In this document: positions 1 through 14,143 of the stretch, one piece after another
How positions within the stretch are numbered: the first letter of the stretch is position 1
Layout: every line of letters begins with the position of its first letter
Assembly (NCBI GenBank): GCA_903813345.2
Contig: CAIIXF020000001.1
Location: forward strand, 22,754,001-22,818,000
Length of the DNA: 64,000 nucleotides
Source of the DNA: Owenia fusiformis
Taxonomy: Eukaryota
Reading direction: 5' to 3'
The notes under the pieces: generated by a model
What the model was told of the DNA's origin: nothing
What the model saw: the letters and a program-made list of their open reading frames with translations, nothing else
Databases searched by the model: none
Made by a program: the position numbers and the translations under genes

Positions 1-1455
1 GGCGGGCGAAGCAAGCAGGGGGGGAACAGGGCGGGGAAAACGAGTGAGCAGGGGGGAGCGCCATGCAATTAGATTCTGGGGAGAACCCAGCATGCTGCTG
101 TGAATTTAGTAGCCTGTGTCTTTACAGATATTGGTATATGGTCTTCTCCAATCCAACTTAAAGGAGCATTTCAAGTCTGGTGTTAACTGCTTTAGTCTTG
201 CCTATGGGATAAAGACTAGATGTTTTGTCACAGTCTTTCAGGCTGCGGGCAGCAAGAAGTTGTGAGGTGACATTTTTGTTGGAAGTTGACACAGACTCCA
301 TCATAACATAAGCAATTCTATGGTGTTTTTCATAGTAGTGAAGCAATAGGATTAAGACACTAGTGTCGTCATATACTTCATTGATATTTTTTCTTCCAGT
401 TTTTGTGTTCATAACATATTTGTTTGTTGGTGTTTTCAGGTTACCAGATTCATCAAACATAGAGGTGTGGATGGGTGCCATTGGCCTAGCTCAAATGACT
501 TGATAGTTTTCATATCAACATTGGCTTTGGAAGGGGGAGGGCGCTGGGAATGACCGCCTCCTCCCTTTCCCAGATTTATTTTAGGCTAGAATTTGAAAGC
601 TCTTGAGAGCTAATTAAAGTCAAATGATACTATGCCATTATTTAGTGTATATCAAGCATAGAAGATCTCATTTATCATTACTATATTTACATATGTTATT
701 CTGTACCATTGTTTCTTAAGAACCTATACAGTATGTAAATACTTTGGAGAATAAGAGCAAAATGTATATTTTAGTAAAATTCAAAGAATTTTAGTCAAAG
801 TCAAGCTAGTTTTCTTTAAACACAATTTTCTCTTGTGTTTATTATTGGGAATATTGTGCTGAGATGTTCATAATGCATCAGAGAGGATCTAAATCTGAAC
901 ATTTTCTGAGGGCATGCCCCCCCCAATCCACGCTTCACGCACGATCCATCCATGTCCAAAAGTCAACCCCCTCCCTTGCGAAATCCTTCTGACACCCCTG
1001 TATCAAGTTGCCAGTTTATTACCAGGCTCAAACTCTAGAGTACGAGGCCCGATCAGAAAGCAAGTAACCAACTGCTCTTTTTTCTTCATACTTTATTCAA
1101 TTTCATTGAAATTTTCACAGATAATGTAGAAAATATTAACCTATTAAACAAGACCAAGGACAATGGGTTAGCATCAGTTCCGTTGTTATTGCTGTTGCTA
1201 TGGTGACAATTGTTTTGGGTAGGTGGGGCACCCTGTTTTAAGTCGCGTTTGAAGGCAATTTATTGAGTTTTTCTACATGATGTCATACCTCCAAATATAT
1301 CAAATTTACATGTAAGACTACATTTTAACTCATAGTCCTTCAAATTAATCCGACCAAAGTCAATGCAGTTGAGGCAATGTTTCACTGTTTCACTCTGTCC
1401 TTAAACATGTCATCATTCAAAGACTGCAAACTTATTGACTTGTTGAGATTATTGA

Positions 1456-1609
1456 GTTCTTCTGAGAAATTGAGGATTTCAGCAAGGGTGCATCGACTTA
1501 ACATGGGGACATACCTGATGCTATCCCCACTATAAGTCAATGGTCAATGGCGTTTTCCCCATGTTCAGTCAATGCACCCTTGCTAAAATCCTTATTTTCT
1601 CAGAAGAAC
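1456..1609. repeat. Short imperfect inverted repeat (hairpin or tiny MITE)
   Basis: gttcttctgagaaattgaggatttcagcaagggtgcatcgacttaacatgggg pairs with ccccatgttcagtcaatgcacccttgctaaaatccttattttctcagaagaac; arms ~52 bp. No clear TSD. Confidence 0.7.
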
Positions 1610-1868
1610 AGTTGATTGAGTCTAAACAAGTAGATTCATGTGGGATAGTATTGCTATAATCCATTTTCAAAGGTAAGAATAGGGGTTCTTAAACAGGACA
1701 TTTGACTTGCTTTGCAGAACATTTTGTTGGTACTAATAAGTGGTCTCTATCATCATATCTAACCAGATTCCATTCCAAATAGGATGACGGGTGATATGCT
1801 GTCCTTGGAGAAACAACATTCATCAACAACATTCTGTGGAAGTCTCTCCATGTCTCGGAGACTATCAG

Positions 1869-2337
1869 TTATCACACGTTTCAGCATGTGATACAGGAAA
1901 TATTCCACGAAAGGTAATACTGTATCATCCACGAAAGCGAAGCTTGAGTGGTGATACATTGTTACCCGAGTGGAATATTTCCTGTATCACATAAGCTGAA
2001 ACGTGTGATGACGATTTTATCACATGTCTAGGAATTTTGAAGCATTTTGATTTGGTCAGTTATGATTGTGTTCAGTACTTCTGGTAACTACTATAATTTT
2101 TGATTTCGCTTTGAAACAATATGACGTCATACCGTTGTATTCGTACTTGTTTGTGAAATATTATGACGTCATATTGTTTTCCTTATCTAGAAGTGATATA
2201 ATCAGTGACGTCACATCGTTGCTATTGATCATCACTGGTTGCCTCTAGTAACGTGTGAGACGGCCGTGTGAGACGGGAAAACTCACACGGTAATCAACCA
2301 ATCAGATTACTGGAATTTTACAGAGCATGTGATAAAT
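1869..2337. mobile_element. Non-autonomous element: 5' long hairpin followed by a short inverted-repeat pair (family uncertain)
   Basis: Hairpin 1869-2011 (ttatcacacgtttcagc...gctgaaacgtgtgatga), then tttatcacatg (~2016) pairing with catgtgataaa (2326). Same layout as 20759-21186. Confidence 0.55.
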
Positions 2338-2739
2338 AACAGTCCTTACTAGTTATATTGTCATGCAGCAAAGAAATATGGAAGCATAGATGGGTCAACA
2401 GCAGCCAAATGGAGCAGCCAGTTGCCTTCCCTTTACGCCCTAACAAGTTGCACCGTGATAAATACTGGCATTTGTAGTTTTTCTTTCTGACAATTTAGAG
2501 TTAAGAACATCTATGAGTTCCTGGTAGCTGTTTTCCTGATGAATTACTTGCCTCGAAAGTTCTTCAACAAGGAGTCTCAATGCTTGTCATGAACATTGTT
2601 AGGGTAATTCTTGCCTGTTAATCTTGGATACCCCAGCAAATTGGTTATCTCTACTTTTCAACTGTCTGACATTAGGATGCCGACACAACCAACAAAACTC
2701 ATGAGCATGTACATGTCCCAGAGCCTGTTGATGAATGTA

Positions 2740-3308
2740 CAGGGTGGTCAAAAAATGGAAACCCTATATTTTCCTTATATCTTTGTCATTCTCGGAAATT
2801 ACTCCCTGACATTTCACACATTTGTACATCATTCAATTTCCTACCACTCTACCATATTTCATGACCATCAGACTGATAGTCACAATCTCACAGCACTTAG
2901 AATAACATGCCTCAGGTTTGGCCATCATCATGCTGTAGACAAAACAGCACAGTTATCAATGACCCGAATGCATTCCTCAGCAGGTATGGCCTGAATGACA
3001 CGGATGGTCTCAGTTTTGAGGTTTGCAATTGTCCTGAGGTCATTCTCATATACTCTATCTCTGCCATATCCCCACAGGTAGGGACATTTTAGACTACGAG
3101 AACAGGTTTCCCGACAGCCCAAAAGTGGCCACTGGGGTATGTTCTTTAATAAGCTGTAAAAGTGTGACTATCAATCTGATGGTCATGAAATTCAGTAGGC
3201 TTGTAGCAAATTGAATGATGTACAAATACAAAATATCAGGGAGTTATTTTTTAAAATGACAAAGATATGAGGAAAATGGTGTAAGGGTTTCCATTTTTGA
3301 CCACCCTG
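2740..3308 (-). mobile_element. Internally deleted Tc1/mariner element with a transposase C-terminal remnant
   Basis: TA|cagggtggtcaaaaaatggaaaccc ... gggtttccatttttgaccaccctg|TA, TIR ~140 bp. Minus-strand peptide YLWGYGRDRVYENDLRTIANLKTETIRVIQAIP resembles the post-catalytic end of Tc1/mariner transposases. Confidence 0.85.
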
Positions 3309-4709
3309 TATAAAAAAGGTTGTTGGGGTCCAGAAAATGACATCAGTGGCTACTTTGTACAACTGCTGGTGCATTCTAAAAATTGTGTAATCTTGCTTAT
3401 ATGTTTAGGTCAACTCCTTTGCCTGATGCATGATGGTTAACATTGTGCTTGGGTCCACTGGCTTAACATCAAGAAGTGGGCTGTAGGCAAGTTTTATTGC
3501 AGGTTTAATGATGGCGCCACTAGTCCTAGCTAACCTAGTATTGTAGCCCCCGAATGATGGTGTCCCTGGTACAGATGTAACACTTCCAATAAATGGTCTA
3601 AGATTTAACCCTTATACAACAGGGATGACCTACTTACACTGTCAACAATGAGTTTCTTTCACATTTTAAACGTGTCATCTACCCCCCCCCCTCTTCCCCC
3701 TATAAAAGGGTATACATTATAATTTTCTGAAATATTTTAATTTAAAGAACCTATGTATCTTACATAAATAGCTTAGTTTGATAGATAGACTCACAGAATC
3801 TGCTGATATTATATTTTTCAATGTTTCACAGTAATAACAGTGATATTTTTCATACATATTAATATTGCTGAATACAAGGAAGTCTATATTAATATATTTT
3901 TTTTCTCTTCAAATAAATAAAGTACAAGTCTCATATTTTCACACTATCTCTGACATGGGTTAATTTAAAGTCATGAATAATTTCAGATCACAACTTTGTT
4001 TAGTTTGCAAAATATGCTTATTAAACATAGTGACCCCTTAAAAATAGGTGGCGCTAGGGTAAAAAATCAAGCATATCTCATTAAATTTGTGATTCTATGT
4101 AATGAAACAAAGTTGACTTGTTGTTTAGACTAAATACAGTTTATCTGAATTGGTTAAAGTTTTCAACTCTACCAACAGCCCTTTAAAAAAATGTTTTTGT
4201 GAAATGGGCATTTTACAAGGGGCGCCACCTATACAATGCTGTAAAAAAATTTGCCCACCAGTGCCAGTCCGGCACAGTTCTGATTTTAAAGGTAATTAAC
4301 TTATAGATAAAGAAAATACAAAGATATAGCATACATCCTAGAAGGCAACCAAAAGTTTCAATATGCCATTATTCCGCTGGACTATGATCTCAGGGCTTTG
4401 TGCATTTTATAGAAACATTATTATAGAGCTTTTTTTATTTCATCTTAGTATCAATTGCTTTTTCATTCTATTATGACTTGTAAAACAACAAAAAATGACA
4501 TTAGACATGGCTATATGAAAATTGGGAGGATTTGTATGTCTATTAAACAAACAAAGTGTGCCAGGTCTTGTTCATACTATGACATTGAAAAATGCTCCCT
4601 TCTGTCTGAAATGCACTCTGGTCACTTTTTCACGATCTGTTGTGGCTTGAGAATGAGAAAGAGAAGGGGCGTGGCTTACCATGAAACTTTAAATGTGGTT
4701 TGATTTCAG

Positions 4710-4792
4710 CCTCAAGTGAAGGTGCTGACAAGTGACAACTTTGACGACTCTGTTTCATCTGGCTTGTCATTCGTCAAGTTTTATGCACCTTG
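4710..4792 (+). CDS. TXNDC5: TXNDC5/ERp46-like protein disulfide isomerase, internal exon
   Basis: ttcag| [28 protein letters not shown] |gtaagt; its phase-2 end joins the next exon to give WCGHC. Confidence 0.85.
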
Positions 4793-4864
4793 GTAAGTAT
4801 CGTTACTTTTGTTTTCTTGTAGGTTGCATCTAGTGTAGGGTTGAAAAAACTGCTATGCGACGTT

Positions 4865-5100
4865 TGTCAGGGAAGTGTCATGAAAAAAGAATATTCATGA
4901 TTGACAAAGGAAATGTCAGGGGAAATGAGATTTGTCATGTAAATATCAGGGAAAGTGAGATTTGTCTGAAAAATGTTAGGAAAAAATTAGATTGGTCAGG
5001 GAAATGTCAGGGAAATTAGATTGGTCAGGGAAATGTCAGGGAAATGAGATTGGTCAGGGATATAACAGGCAAAAGTGAGATGGGTCATGGAAATGTTGAG
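4865..5100. repeat. ~29 bp minisatellite (gtcagggaaatgtcagggaaatgagattg) in a TXNDC5 intron, probably MITE-internal
   Basis: About 6-7 degenerate tandem units. Confidence 0.7.
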
Positions 5101-5270
5101 AAAATATCATAAGTAATCTGTAAGAATCCTGTGTTTTGTTTGTTATCCACAATGATCCCATTTTTAAAGATAAACTAATGACAAGTTAAAAACATGGTAA
5201 ATACATATTTTATGACCAAAAGTGTACCTATATTTTCTCCCAATTGATCTTGTGTGATTTGTGTTGGTAG

Positions 5271-5397
5271 GTGTGGTCACTGTAAGAGACTTGCTCCAAC
5301 ATGGGATGAGTTGTCCAAGAAGTTTAGCAATAACAACAATGTGAATGTTGCCAAAGTTGACTGCACAGAACACAAACAACTCTGCAAAAAATATGAT
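5271..5397 (+). CDS. TXNDC5: TXNDC5/ERp46-like exon with the CGHC active site
   Basis: ggtag| (W)[42 protein letters not shown] |gtaagt. Confidence 0.9.
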
Positions 5398-7001
5398 GTA
5401 AGTAAATGTAAATGAATAATAGTACAATAACGTCATTTCTGCGGGCAATATAGTGAAGTATTGGACCTTGGGCCGATATTGACCGCCACTGTGACGTCAC
5501 ATATTGCTCAGGTCGATATAGTAAAATTAATGCCTTCTAAACTAGCACTAAAACCCCTAGAACTGGCCCAGCAAGGTGGTCATAATGTCCATTTGCCCTT
5601 CCACAAAGCAATAATTTTGGAGTGCGGCGATTGGTTGAATACAAATGCTGGACCAATTTTACCAAGTATTATGTATGTTGAATCAAATAACTGAACAGAA
5701 TTTCTAGTTTGTTATTCTTACATGATCAAATTATTTAAAAGAATTGAGTGTTCTCGACCTAGAGAGTGTCATATAGGTTGGGTAGGATGGGAGTTCAGAT
5801 GTGGTAACATGCCCTTATATTTGCTTAAAGAGGCACCCCTCTGGACTTTTTTGCATATTGAGTTTCACTACATATATACCCATCTACTTACCAAAGAAGA
5901 AATCCCAAATCCCCCTCTTTCAGTGTTAATTTTGCGATTGTGCTGATGATCTAATTATTTTCGAAGAAATTAATTCAATCTGAAGTTTGAATATACCGGG
6001 AAAGTTCTCCTTCATCTGATTGGTCGTTGAATTTGTTTATCATAAACCTGATTGGCTGCCTGGTTCAAAGCGCTTGTGGGTGCTTGTGTGACTCAATGGG
6101 GATTCCCCTCTCTAGCCGAGGAATCGATTGTGTTTAATTCTGGAGTTTGGTTGTTATGTTGATTATTTCCGATAATTCGGCAATAATATACCCAAAAGTT
6201 ATTCTCTAGGTATATCCATGGTATGTGAGATATTATATGAGCAATAACAATAAGACATTGATTGTCTGGAGGAGAAACCTATGGCATAATGCATCTTTAA
6301 TATGCACGTCATTACACTATTTACTTAGTTGACAGGATATAAGCAGCCATTTGCTCTTGTTCATGCTATTTATATGTTCAATAATACAGGTTATATTTCC
6401 TGTTTTTGTTTTCTGAGCATTCTCGCTAAGACAAACTAAATAGATAATAATGTCTCCTGTATTCAGTTTCAAGTTGTATACTAGGTATAGTATATAGAAT
6501 ATCAAATCATTTTGAAGGATATCATTTTTATTTACCAGTTAATATCTAATGTCAACCCGAGTGAAGGAAGCAATGAATGTTGATCTTTGGTCAACAAAGG
6601 GATAAAATGATATCCCAAGAATGGATCTGATATTGGGTTTTATACATGATAAATTAAAAGAATAATATGTTTAAAATAAAAACTCATTTATCATACAGCT
6701 TTGTGGCTGATAAATGATATCAGCCATATATACATGTACTGTATAAAACTGATAAAAGATATCAGCCACATATGGTGCTCCTATGGATCGCCATAATATC
6801 AGAAATATCACTGGGTGTTATTGTAGAGATAACTAGATTATTGTGGTTTAAATAGGCTTAGAATGCTAACGACTGGACTGTTATAATACTTCTGTTTATG
6901 AGTGGATATTTAGTTGTGAAATGTTAAATATTTAATTGTGACAATTACTAACTTATGGCTTAATCTTACTCAATAAACTTGATCTGAATCAATACTGCTA
7001 T

Positions 7002-8173
7002 TAGTGGAGTCAGAATGTGGTTTTAGGCTTGCGTATAGGGCATTATATGGGACATAATTTTTAATGTACTATAGTAAAACCTGTCTAATCCGAACACCCA
7101 TGGGACCAGCCAAAAGCGTTCAAATTGGCAGGTGTTCAAATTTCAAGGTTTTAGTTGGTCAGGCGGGGAGGGGGGGATTTTCATAGTTCAGTACACTATA
7201 TTGAACACTTAATACTAAGTCAGAAAACAATACATGTTGTTGATGTGTTTATTCTACAGTAGCCTATATCCTATGTTTTATTTACATTTTGAACAATTTC
7301 ATTATTTTAGTAAAAATATTTTGGCAAAAACTTTGTAATACACTGTAGAAGTATATGATAGTCTCGTCCGAAATCTTATGCTAATCAAATGACTTATCAG
7401 ATATTATGGTTGAATTTTTTCTTTTTCTCGTCTGGAAATGCGTCTGTGTTGTCTTTGTGATTATAAAACATTTACTGATTGAATCTTAGCTATCATAACA
7501 GACCCATGGAATATGAAACAGTTAGGACCTGTTCATAATCCAAATCAAAAACATCCAGTTCATTTACAATAAGGATAAACCAATTATCTCCCAGATTCTC
7601 ACCTTTCTCTTAATCCAAATCAAAAACATCCAGGTAATTTCTAATAATGATAAACCAATTATCTCTTTTGATTAACACCTTTCTCTTAATCAAAACATAA
7701 AACATTCAGTTCTTTTTTAATACGATAAACTAATTAACTCCTCTACCTTTCCAAAAAATCCTGTTGTTTTCACAAATTAGGGATGTCACTGAGACTAAAT
7801 AAGTTAATTAGGACAATATTGGTGCTTTGATTACATTGTATATGTAAAGATAAATAACAACTATAACACTGACTCAATATGTGGCTATTGTTGAAATGTC
7901 CAGACATTTGATTTCTGATAAAAATGTTCAGATTAGATAGGTCACTTTTTCAAATCCGGTTGTTCACTGTTCAGATTAGGAGGTGTTTAGATTTTAAGGT
8001 TTATTTAACATGGGAGGGAAAAATGGGACCGAAAAAAGTGTTCAAATTGGAAGGTGTTTGGATTAGCCAGGTGTTCAGATATACAGGTTTTACTGTACTA
8101 TGATTTTGCATATTTGTATGTATTATTAGATCTTAGTTTTTCAGCTTTTTAAACCCACATTCTGACTCCACTA
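7002..8173. mobile_element. Miniature (~146 bp) relative of the 10009-14143 foldback, split by a nested MITE
   Basis: TAT|tagtggagtcagaatgtgg ... ccacattctgactccacta|TAT. Body matches the first ~130 bp of the 10009 element. Confidence 0.8.
7072..8095. mobile_element. pogo/Tigger-like MITE
   Basis: TA|tagtaaaacctgtctaatccgaacac ... gtgttcagatatacaggttttactg|TA. (C)AGT..ACTG termini with the left C mutated; subterminal ggtgttc repeats. Confidence 0.8.
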
Positions 8174-8473
8174 TATGTAGCCATGTCAATTTGAATTGTA
8201 CATGTTGTACTCTGGAGTCAAATGTGTCCTGGGGCCCCACTGCCTTTATTGACTTATTATTGCTCATTTGAGGACAATTGTGAGCACTCACATTTGTATT
8301 TATCCCATTACTTTATTGAATGCATTTACTTTCAGTGTGAACTCCCAATGCCCAGAGCCTAGTATATGAATCTCTCTTTCAAACTTGGGAACAATTGTCA
8401 GTTGATTACATTTTGCATGTTAATGCCTTATATGAATTACATTGTATTTCAGAATTTCAAACTGTAATTTCAG

Positions 8474-8599
8474 GTGGGAGGCTACCCTACACTGCTTCTC
8501 TTCAAGGCTGGTGTGAAGATAGATGAATACCACGGGAGTAGAGACTTGGAGGCCCTCGATACATTTGTTAGGGACAATTTACCTCATGATGAGCTATAA
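8474..8599 (+). CDS. TXNDC5: TXNDC5/ERp46-like terminal exon ending in HDEL
   Basis: tttcag| VGGYPTLLLFKAGVKIDEYHGSRDLEALDTFVRDNLPHDEL*. A redox-active thioredoxin domain directly followed by an ER-retention signal is the TXNDC5 arrangement. Upstream exons not identified. Confidence 0.88.
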   Translation: MGGYPTLLLFKAGVKIDEYHGSRDLEALDTFVRDNLPHDEL

Positions 8600-9124
8600 A
8601 GATCAAGCCTTAGTGTTGAATACTCCAACTTCATGACATCACCACAATATCAATGCCCTCCAATGGTTACAAACATAAAGTGCCCTATTCAAAGGTGAAA
8701 TGCCCTCATACTTACTTGGAGAGGGATGTTACATCCTTCTAAGCAGGTGTCCAGAATCCGTACCTCCTTCTTCCCCCCTGCTATACCCAAGTTGGAAGCG
8801 CCCGATTAAATTGAATCATGTGATCTAACGTGTACATGATTTCTGTCACAGTGTTGCGACAGCCAATCAGATTGCGAAAATGCTAACTGCTTATTGCAGG
8901 GGGTAAAAAGAAAGAAGATATTCTGGATTTTGAAGCCCTGTGATCGGAGGATGGGGATGATGCAATTGCTCATTTTGCTATTTTGTTGTTGTAAGGTTTT
9001 GTAAGGCACTTTTTGTGGAAAATTAAAGTTTATTTCATTTGGTGGAAGCTGTCATCATTTTGACACACTCCCTAAAGATGAATACACAGTATTGATATTT
9101 TGGTGATGTCATTACATATGTGCT

Positions 9125-9185
9125 CATAATGCACATGATATGTGAATAATGCACATGATGTGTGAATAATGCACATGATGTATAA
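9125..9185. repeat. 20 bp tandem repeat (ataatgcacatgatgtgtga)
   Basis: Three near-perfect units with degenerate flanks. Confidence 0.7.
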
Positions 9186-10008
9186 ACAATGCACTTCCAC
9201 TTACGATGTGCATTATATGCAAATGGATGCACTCATGTGCAAATATGAGATAATCATAACAACTTTATAAAAATCCATAACACTCTTACAGTGTACTTAA
9301 GAATTCCATTTTGTAACAGTGTTGTGTAATATAAGGCTATTTTATAGTACAGAGGGTTAAAGTAGATTTATTTCTAAAGGTAAAGGCATTATAAGCTAGG
9401 TATCTATCACCAATCACATTATCACCTTCTTGACCATAGATCTCTAAAAATGTTTTAAAATATTATTCATTGCTGATTCTAAGTGAATGGTTGCTTTTTA
9501 GTGTTTCTCTTTCTTCTTCAGGAGATTGTTAGTGCACTCGTAATCAACATCATTTTTTTGAAAATCTGAAAATTTTTATTCCAACTTATTTGTTCAAAAG
9601 AAAAAAATGACACTAGTCTTAATCTGCAGTGCAGTCATAATGTTTACTTTATAAAAGAAGCACATAAAAATAGCTGACTACGTAATTTATCAAGTTTTTT
9701 TTAATTTTTTTATTAAAATCAATGTTACATATTTACAGATTGTAGTGGCTATGATCCCCAAGAAGGAGTATTAGGTGCCACATAATGGTATTTACAATGA
9801 TTTCTGTTTAAATGGTGCTGCCATGCATTGATATATACATTGGCAAAAAAGCATTGGCACTACTTTCTGAACCGAATTACTCTTCATCCTTGTCCTACTT
9901 ACACTATTAAGAGCCATTATACCTGACGTTGCTCTAGTCTATAGACATGAATGTTTAATCCACAAACTGAGATTAAATTGGAATACTTGATTGATTTTTT
10001 AATACAGT

Positions 10009-13000
10009 TAGTGCAGTCAGAATGTGGGTTTCGGCGTGCGTTCAGAGGGATTTTATGGGACATAATTTTTCATGTTACTACTATGATTATACATATTTGT
10101 ATGGATTATTAGATCTTAGTTTTTCAGCTTTTAGATTTTGTGGCCATTTTACCCCCCATGGGCTAAAATTTGGACCCCTACTATATAATTGGGCAAGAAC
10201 TCAAAAAATACTCAGTGGAATGTTTCCAAATTACTAAGTTGCATTGGTATAGGCTAATTGAATATATGATAAAAATTTCATGTCACATGGTTAACTGGTT
10301 GCCATGGAAATGGATAAAACATGCCCTTCAGGTGTCAATTTTCAGGCCAATTTTTCAGGACTGACAGAGTCATTTCATGCATATTTTGTCACCAATGTGT
10401 TAGGAAGGGTTAAAATGTCAATAGAAAACTTCTATAATATATAAGCAACAATTGTATGTAAAGATCAGTCCACAAAACCTCAGATTTTGGCCTTGTATTG
10501 GTCCATGACTTATACAGGGGTCTATTTCATAGACTCGAGCTCCCACATTGGATGGATGCTATAACTTTTGAAATAATGGAGATACAGGTCTCATTTTTTC
10601 AGATCTTCATAAATGGTTAGTGTTAAGTATTTTATTTTACTTTGGGAGCTGACATGTGATTGGTTGCCATGGTAACCAGGGTTTTAGGGAAATTCCGACC
10701 CCCACATTGGATGGATGCTATAACTTTTGAAATAAGGGAGATACAGGTCTCATTTCTTCAGATCTTCATAAATGGTTGGTTTTAAGTATTTTAATATACA
10801 TTTGGAGCTTGTATATGATTGGTTGCCATGGTAACCAGGGTTTTAAGGAAATCCTGACCCCGACATTGGATGGATGTTATAACTTTTGAAATAAGGGAGA
10901 TTCATGTCTCATTTTTTCAGATTTTTGACAATGATTGATTTAAAGTATTGATTTAGACTTTGGGAGCTGAAATTGGATTGGTTACCATGGAAATCAGGGT
11001 TTTGTTGAAATTCAGACCTCCACAACTGATGAACACTATAACTCTTAAATACAGCCAGATAAGATAATCTTTTCAGATGTAAGATAATAATAATATGTGT
11101 GTATTGTATTAGCCTTTGGAAGCTAGGATTTATTTGTCTGCCATGGTAACCATGTTTCATTGCCATGGTAACTGCTGTTTTCGTTTTCAGATTCACCTTT
11201 ATTCTAGATAGGTCAATACATGACATAAAATACCAAATTGCTCAAAGTTACCATTTTATTCTTAAATTTTTTTTTTCTATTTTATATGATTTACATGCTC
11301 ATGACTCAATAATACTAGAGATGCAAACATTGTTTGGCTCATAAAATATCAAATACTAGAAAAGTAAACAATACATGTATGTCTGACAATATTGCCTTAT
11401 TCCATACGACTAGTTCTTACAAAAGTTCTGACTCCTAATTTGTTCATTTGAACTCATCATTACTGTTTTCATTTAGCACAATTTCCTCTTAACATCAATT
11501 TCTGTTGGAATGAAGGATTGTTTTGACCATTCTGGAGATAAGGATCCTCAGGGGATATAGTCCATTCATGCAGTATTGGACTTGGCAGAATGGGGTAAGA
11601 CTGGTCCCTGTGGTTTCACTGTATATAAAATTGGCTGGGGTCCAAGGCTGAACCCTCAGATATCAATATGTTCCCATCCAATCTGTCAAATTTGAATGTG
11701 TTCTGATATCAACCAAAATAATGCCCAAAAGCCATACCAAATGCCCAAATATATGACCAGTGCCATACCAAATATCCAGATATGAAAACATGGCCATTCA
11801 AAATTTCTAATGCCTCGAGAAGAAGACATGTCATTGAGGAAAACAACCAAAAACAACCTCACATTAAGGATATACTAGATCAATGCCATACATGTGCAAC
11901 AAGTGAGGGGCAACATATTTTTCACAACCATTCCCAAATCCGACCATTGCTATACTCTCAAGTCATAATTTGGAGAGCATTCTCATACCAGATCCTAAAA
12001 TTTGGGTCCATTGCCATATCAAATGTCAAAAGTAACCCACCTGAGCTGAGGATCCCCTCAAGGTTTATATACAGTGAACTTCTGGGAAACGGGGGGTAAT
12101 GTTTCCACTTCCAAATATAAGTTTTATCATCCATCCTCTTCAAATGTTACAATGAGCAATCATTACAAGATGGAAGAGTTCATCATTTAATTCATTGCAT
12201 TATATTAGCTGCTATGAAAGCAGTCAAGGACCAATCTTGAAAGATGGGAAGAGTAGAAATGTCAACACCTCCATAAGTGAGGGCAGGACTGTTCTGTTTT
12301 GGAGAATATCTTATGTGAAACAGCTCATATTGTTATCTATTGATGTAAGTTACAAATATATTTTTGTTAATCTGCTGTACTTTTACTGGTGAACAAATCA
12401 ACTTTGGATTTTATTGTGTCAGGAATTTCTATATTGATTCCTATTATGAAGAAAATAACCTTAAGAACCTCAACTGATATGAACTCTGTCCCATTAGATG
12501 TCAGAAGCTCAACCCAACCCCTGTAGCTGCAAACCTAGGACCAAGTCCTGTGTGAAGCTATATTAGCCTTCAATGCGTTTACTGGATCAGATTCCTCCAG
12601 TGCAGAAATACAACAAAACAGCAGAAATAGAAAAATAACTGCCACTAATAGATTACGAGATGAGCTGTTTCCCATGAGATACAGAAAAAACAGAACAGTG
12701 CTGCCCTCACTTATGAAGGTGTTGACATTTTCTTTCACATTTGAAGAGGGTAAATTATCCAACCTATGTATGGACACATTCCCACCAGCCTAAACCCAGC
12801 TCTACCATTATGCCCAACACTGCATGAATGAACTGTGAATTCCCTGACGAATCTTTAACACAAGAATGGTCAAAAGAATCCTTCTTTCCAATAGAAATTG
12901 TTGATATTTTTAATTAAGAGGCAATTGTGGAAGATGAAAACGATAATGATGAGTAAAAACAAGTTGGGAGTCTGAATATGTGTGAGAACTAGTAGAATGG

Positions 13001-14143
13001 AATGAGGCTATACTGTCAGACATACAGGATAAATTGCTGAAATAAAGAGCAAAATGATAATTTTGAGCATTTTGGTATAACATGTTGTGAATTGACCATT
13101 CTCAAATGAAGGTAAGACTGAAATAAAAAATTAGGGATACCATGACGACGAAACATGGTTACCATGGCAATCAAGTAAATGCTAAGCTACAAAGTCTAAT
13201 TCAATACACAAATCTAATTAATTTTTAAGATCTGAAATGATGATATCTGTATCTGCTTGAATTCAAACATTAAAGCATTTATCAATTGAGGAGGTCCAAA
13301 TTTCAATAAAACTCTAGTTACCATGGTAACCAATCAAATTTCAGCCCCCAAAGTCTAATTTAATATTTATAATCAATCATTGTCTAAGATCTGAAATAAT
13401 GAGACATGTATCTCCCTTATTTCAAAAGTTATAGCATCCATCCAATGTGGGGGTCGGAATTTCCCTAAAACCCTGGTTACCATGGCAACCAATCACATGT
13501 CAGCTCCCAAAGTAAAATAGAATACTTAAAACTAACCATTTAAGAAGATCTGAAAAAATGAGACCTGTATCTCCATTATTTCAAAAGTTATAGCATCCAT
13601 CCAATGTGGGAGCTCGAGTCTATGAAATAGACCCCTGTATAAGTCATGGACCAATACAAGGCCAAAATCTGAGGTTTTGTGGACTGATCTTTACATACAA
13701 TTGTTGCTTATATATTATAGAAGTTTTCTATTGACATTTTAACCCTTCCTAGCACATTGGTGACAAAATATGCATGAAATGACTCTGTCAGTCCTGAAAA
13801 ATTGGCCTGAAAATTGACACCCGAAGGGCATGTTTTATCCATTTCCATGGCAACCAGTTAACCATGTGACATGAAATTTTTATCATATATTAAATTAGCC
13901 TATACCAATATAACTTAGTAATTTGGAAACATTCCACTGAGTATTTTTTGAGTTCTTGCCCAATTATATAGTAGGGGTCCAAATTTTAGCCCATGGGGGG
14001 TAAAATGGCCACAAAATCTAAAAGCTGAAAAACTAAGATCTAATAATCCATACAAATATGTATAATCATAGTAGTAACATGAAAAATTATGTCCCATAAA
14101 ATCCCTCTGAACGCACGCCGAAACCCACATTCTGACTGCACTA
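10009..14143. mobile_element. 4.1 kb non-coding foldback DNA element, Academ-like
   Basis: AGT|tagtgcagtcagaatgtggg ... cccacattctgactgcacta|AGT. Arms are near-identical for >700 bp and recognisable for ~1.4-1.6 kb, with ~160 bp subterminal tandem units. TAG..CTA termini and a 3 bp TSD fit Academ (inference). Confidence 0.85.

Noticed and set aside
158-481. 107 aa minus-strand ORF
   Set aside because: No recognisable motif or clear exon structure. It lies antisense within the presumed TXNDC5 intron and may be a transposon relic; unsupported.
5164-5448. Minus-strand 94 aa ORF
   Set aside because: Antisense to the thioredoxin exon and its flanking introns.
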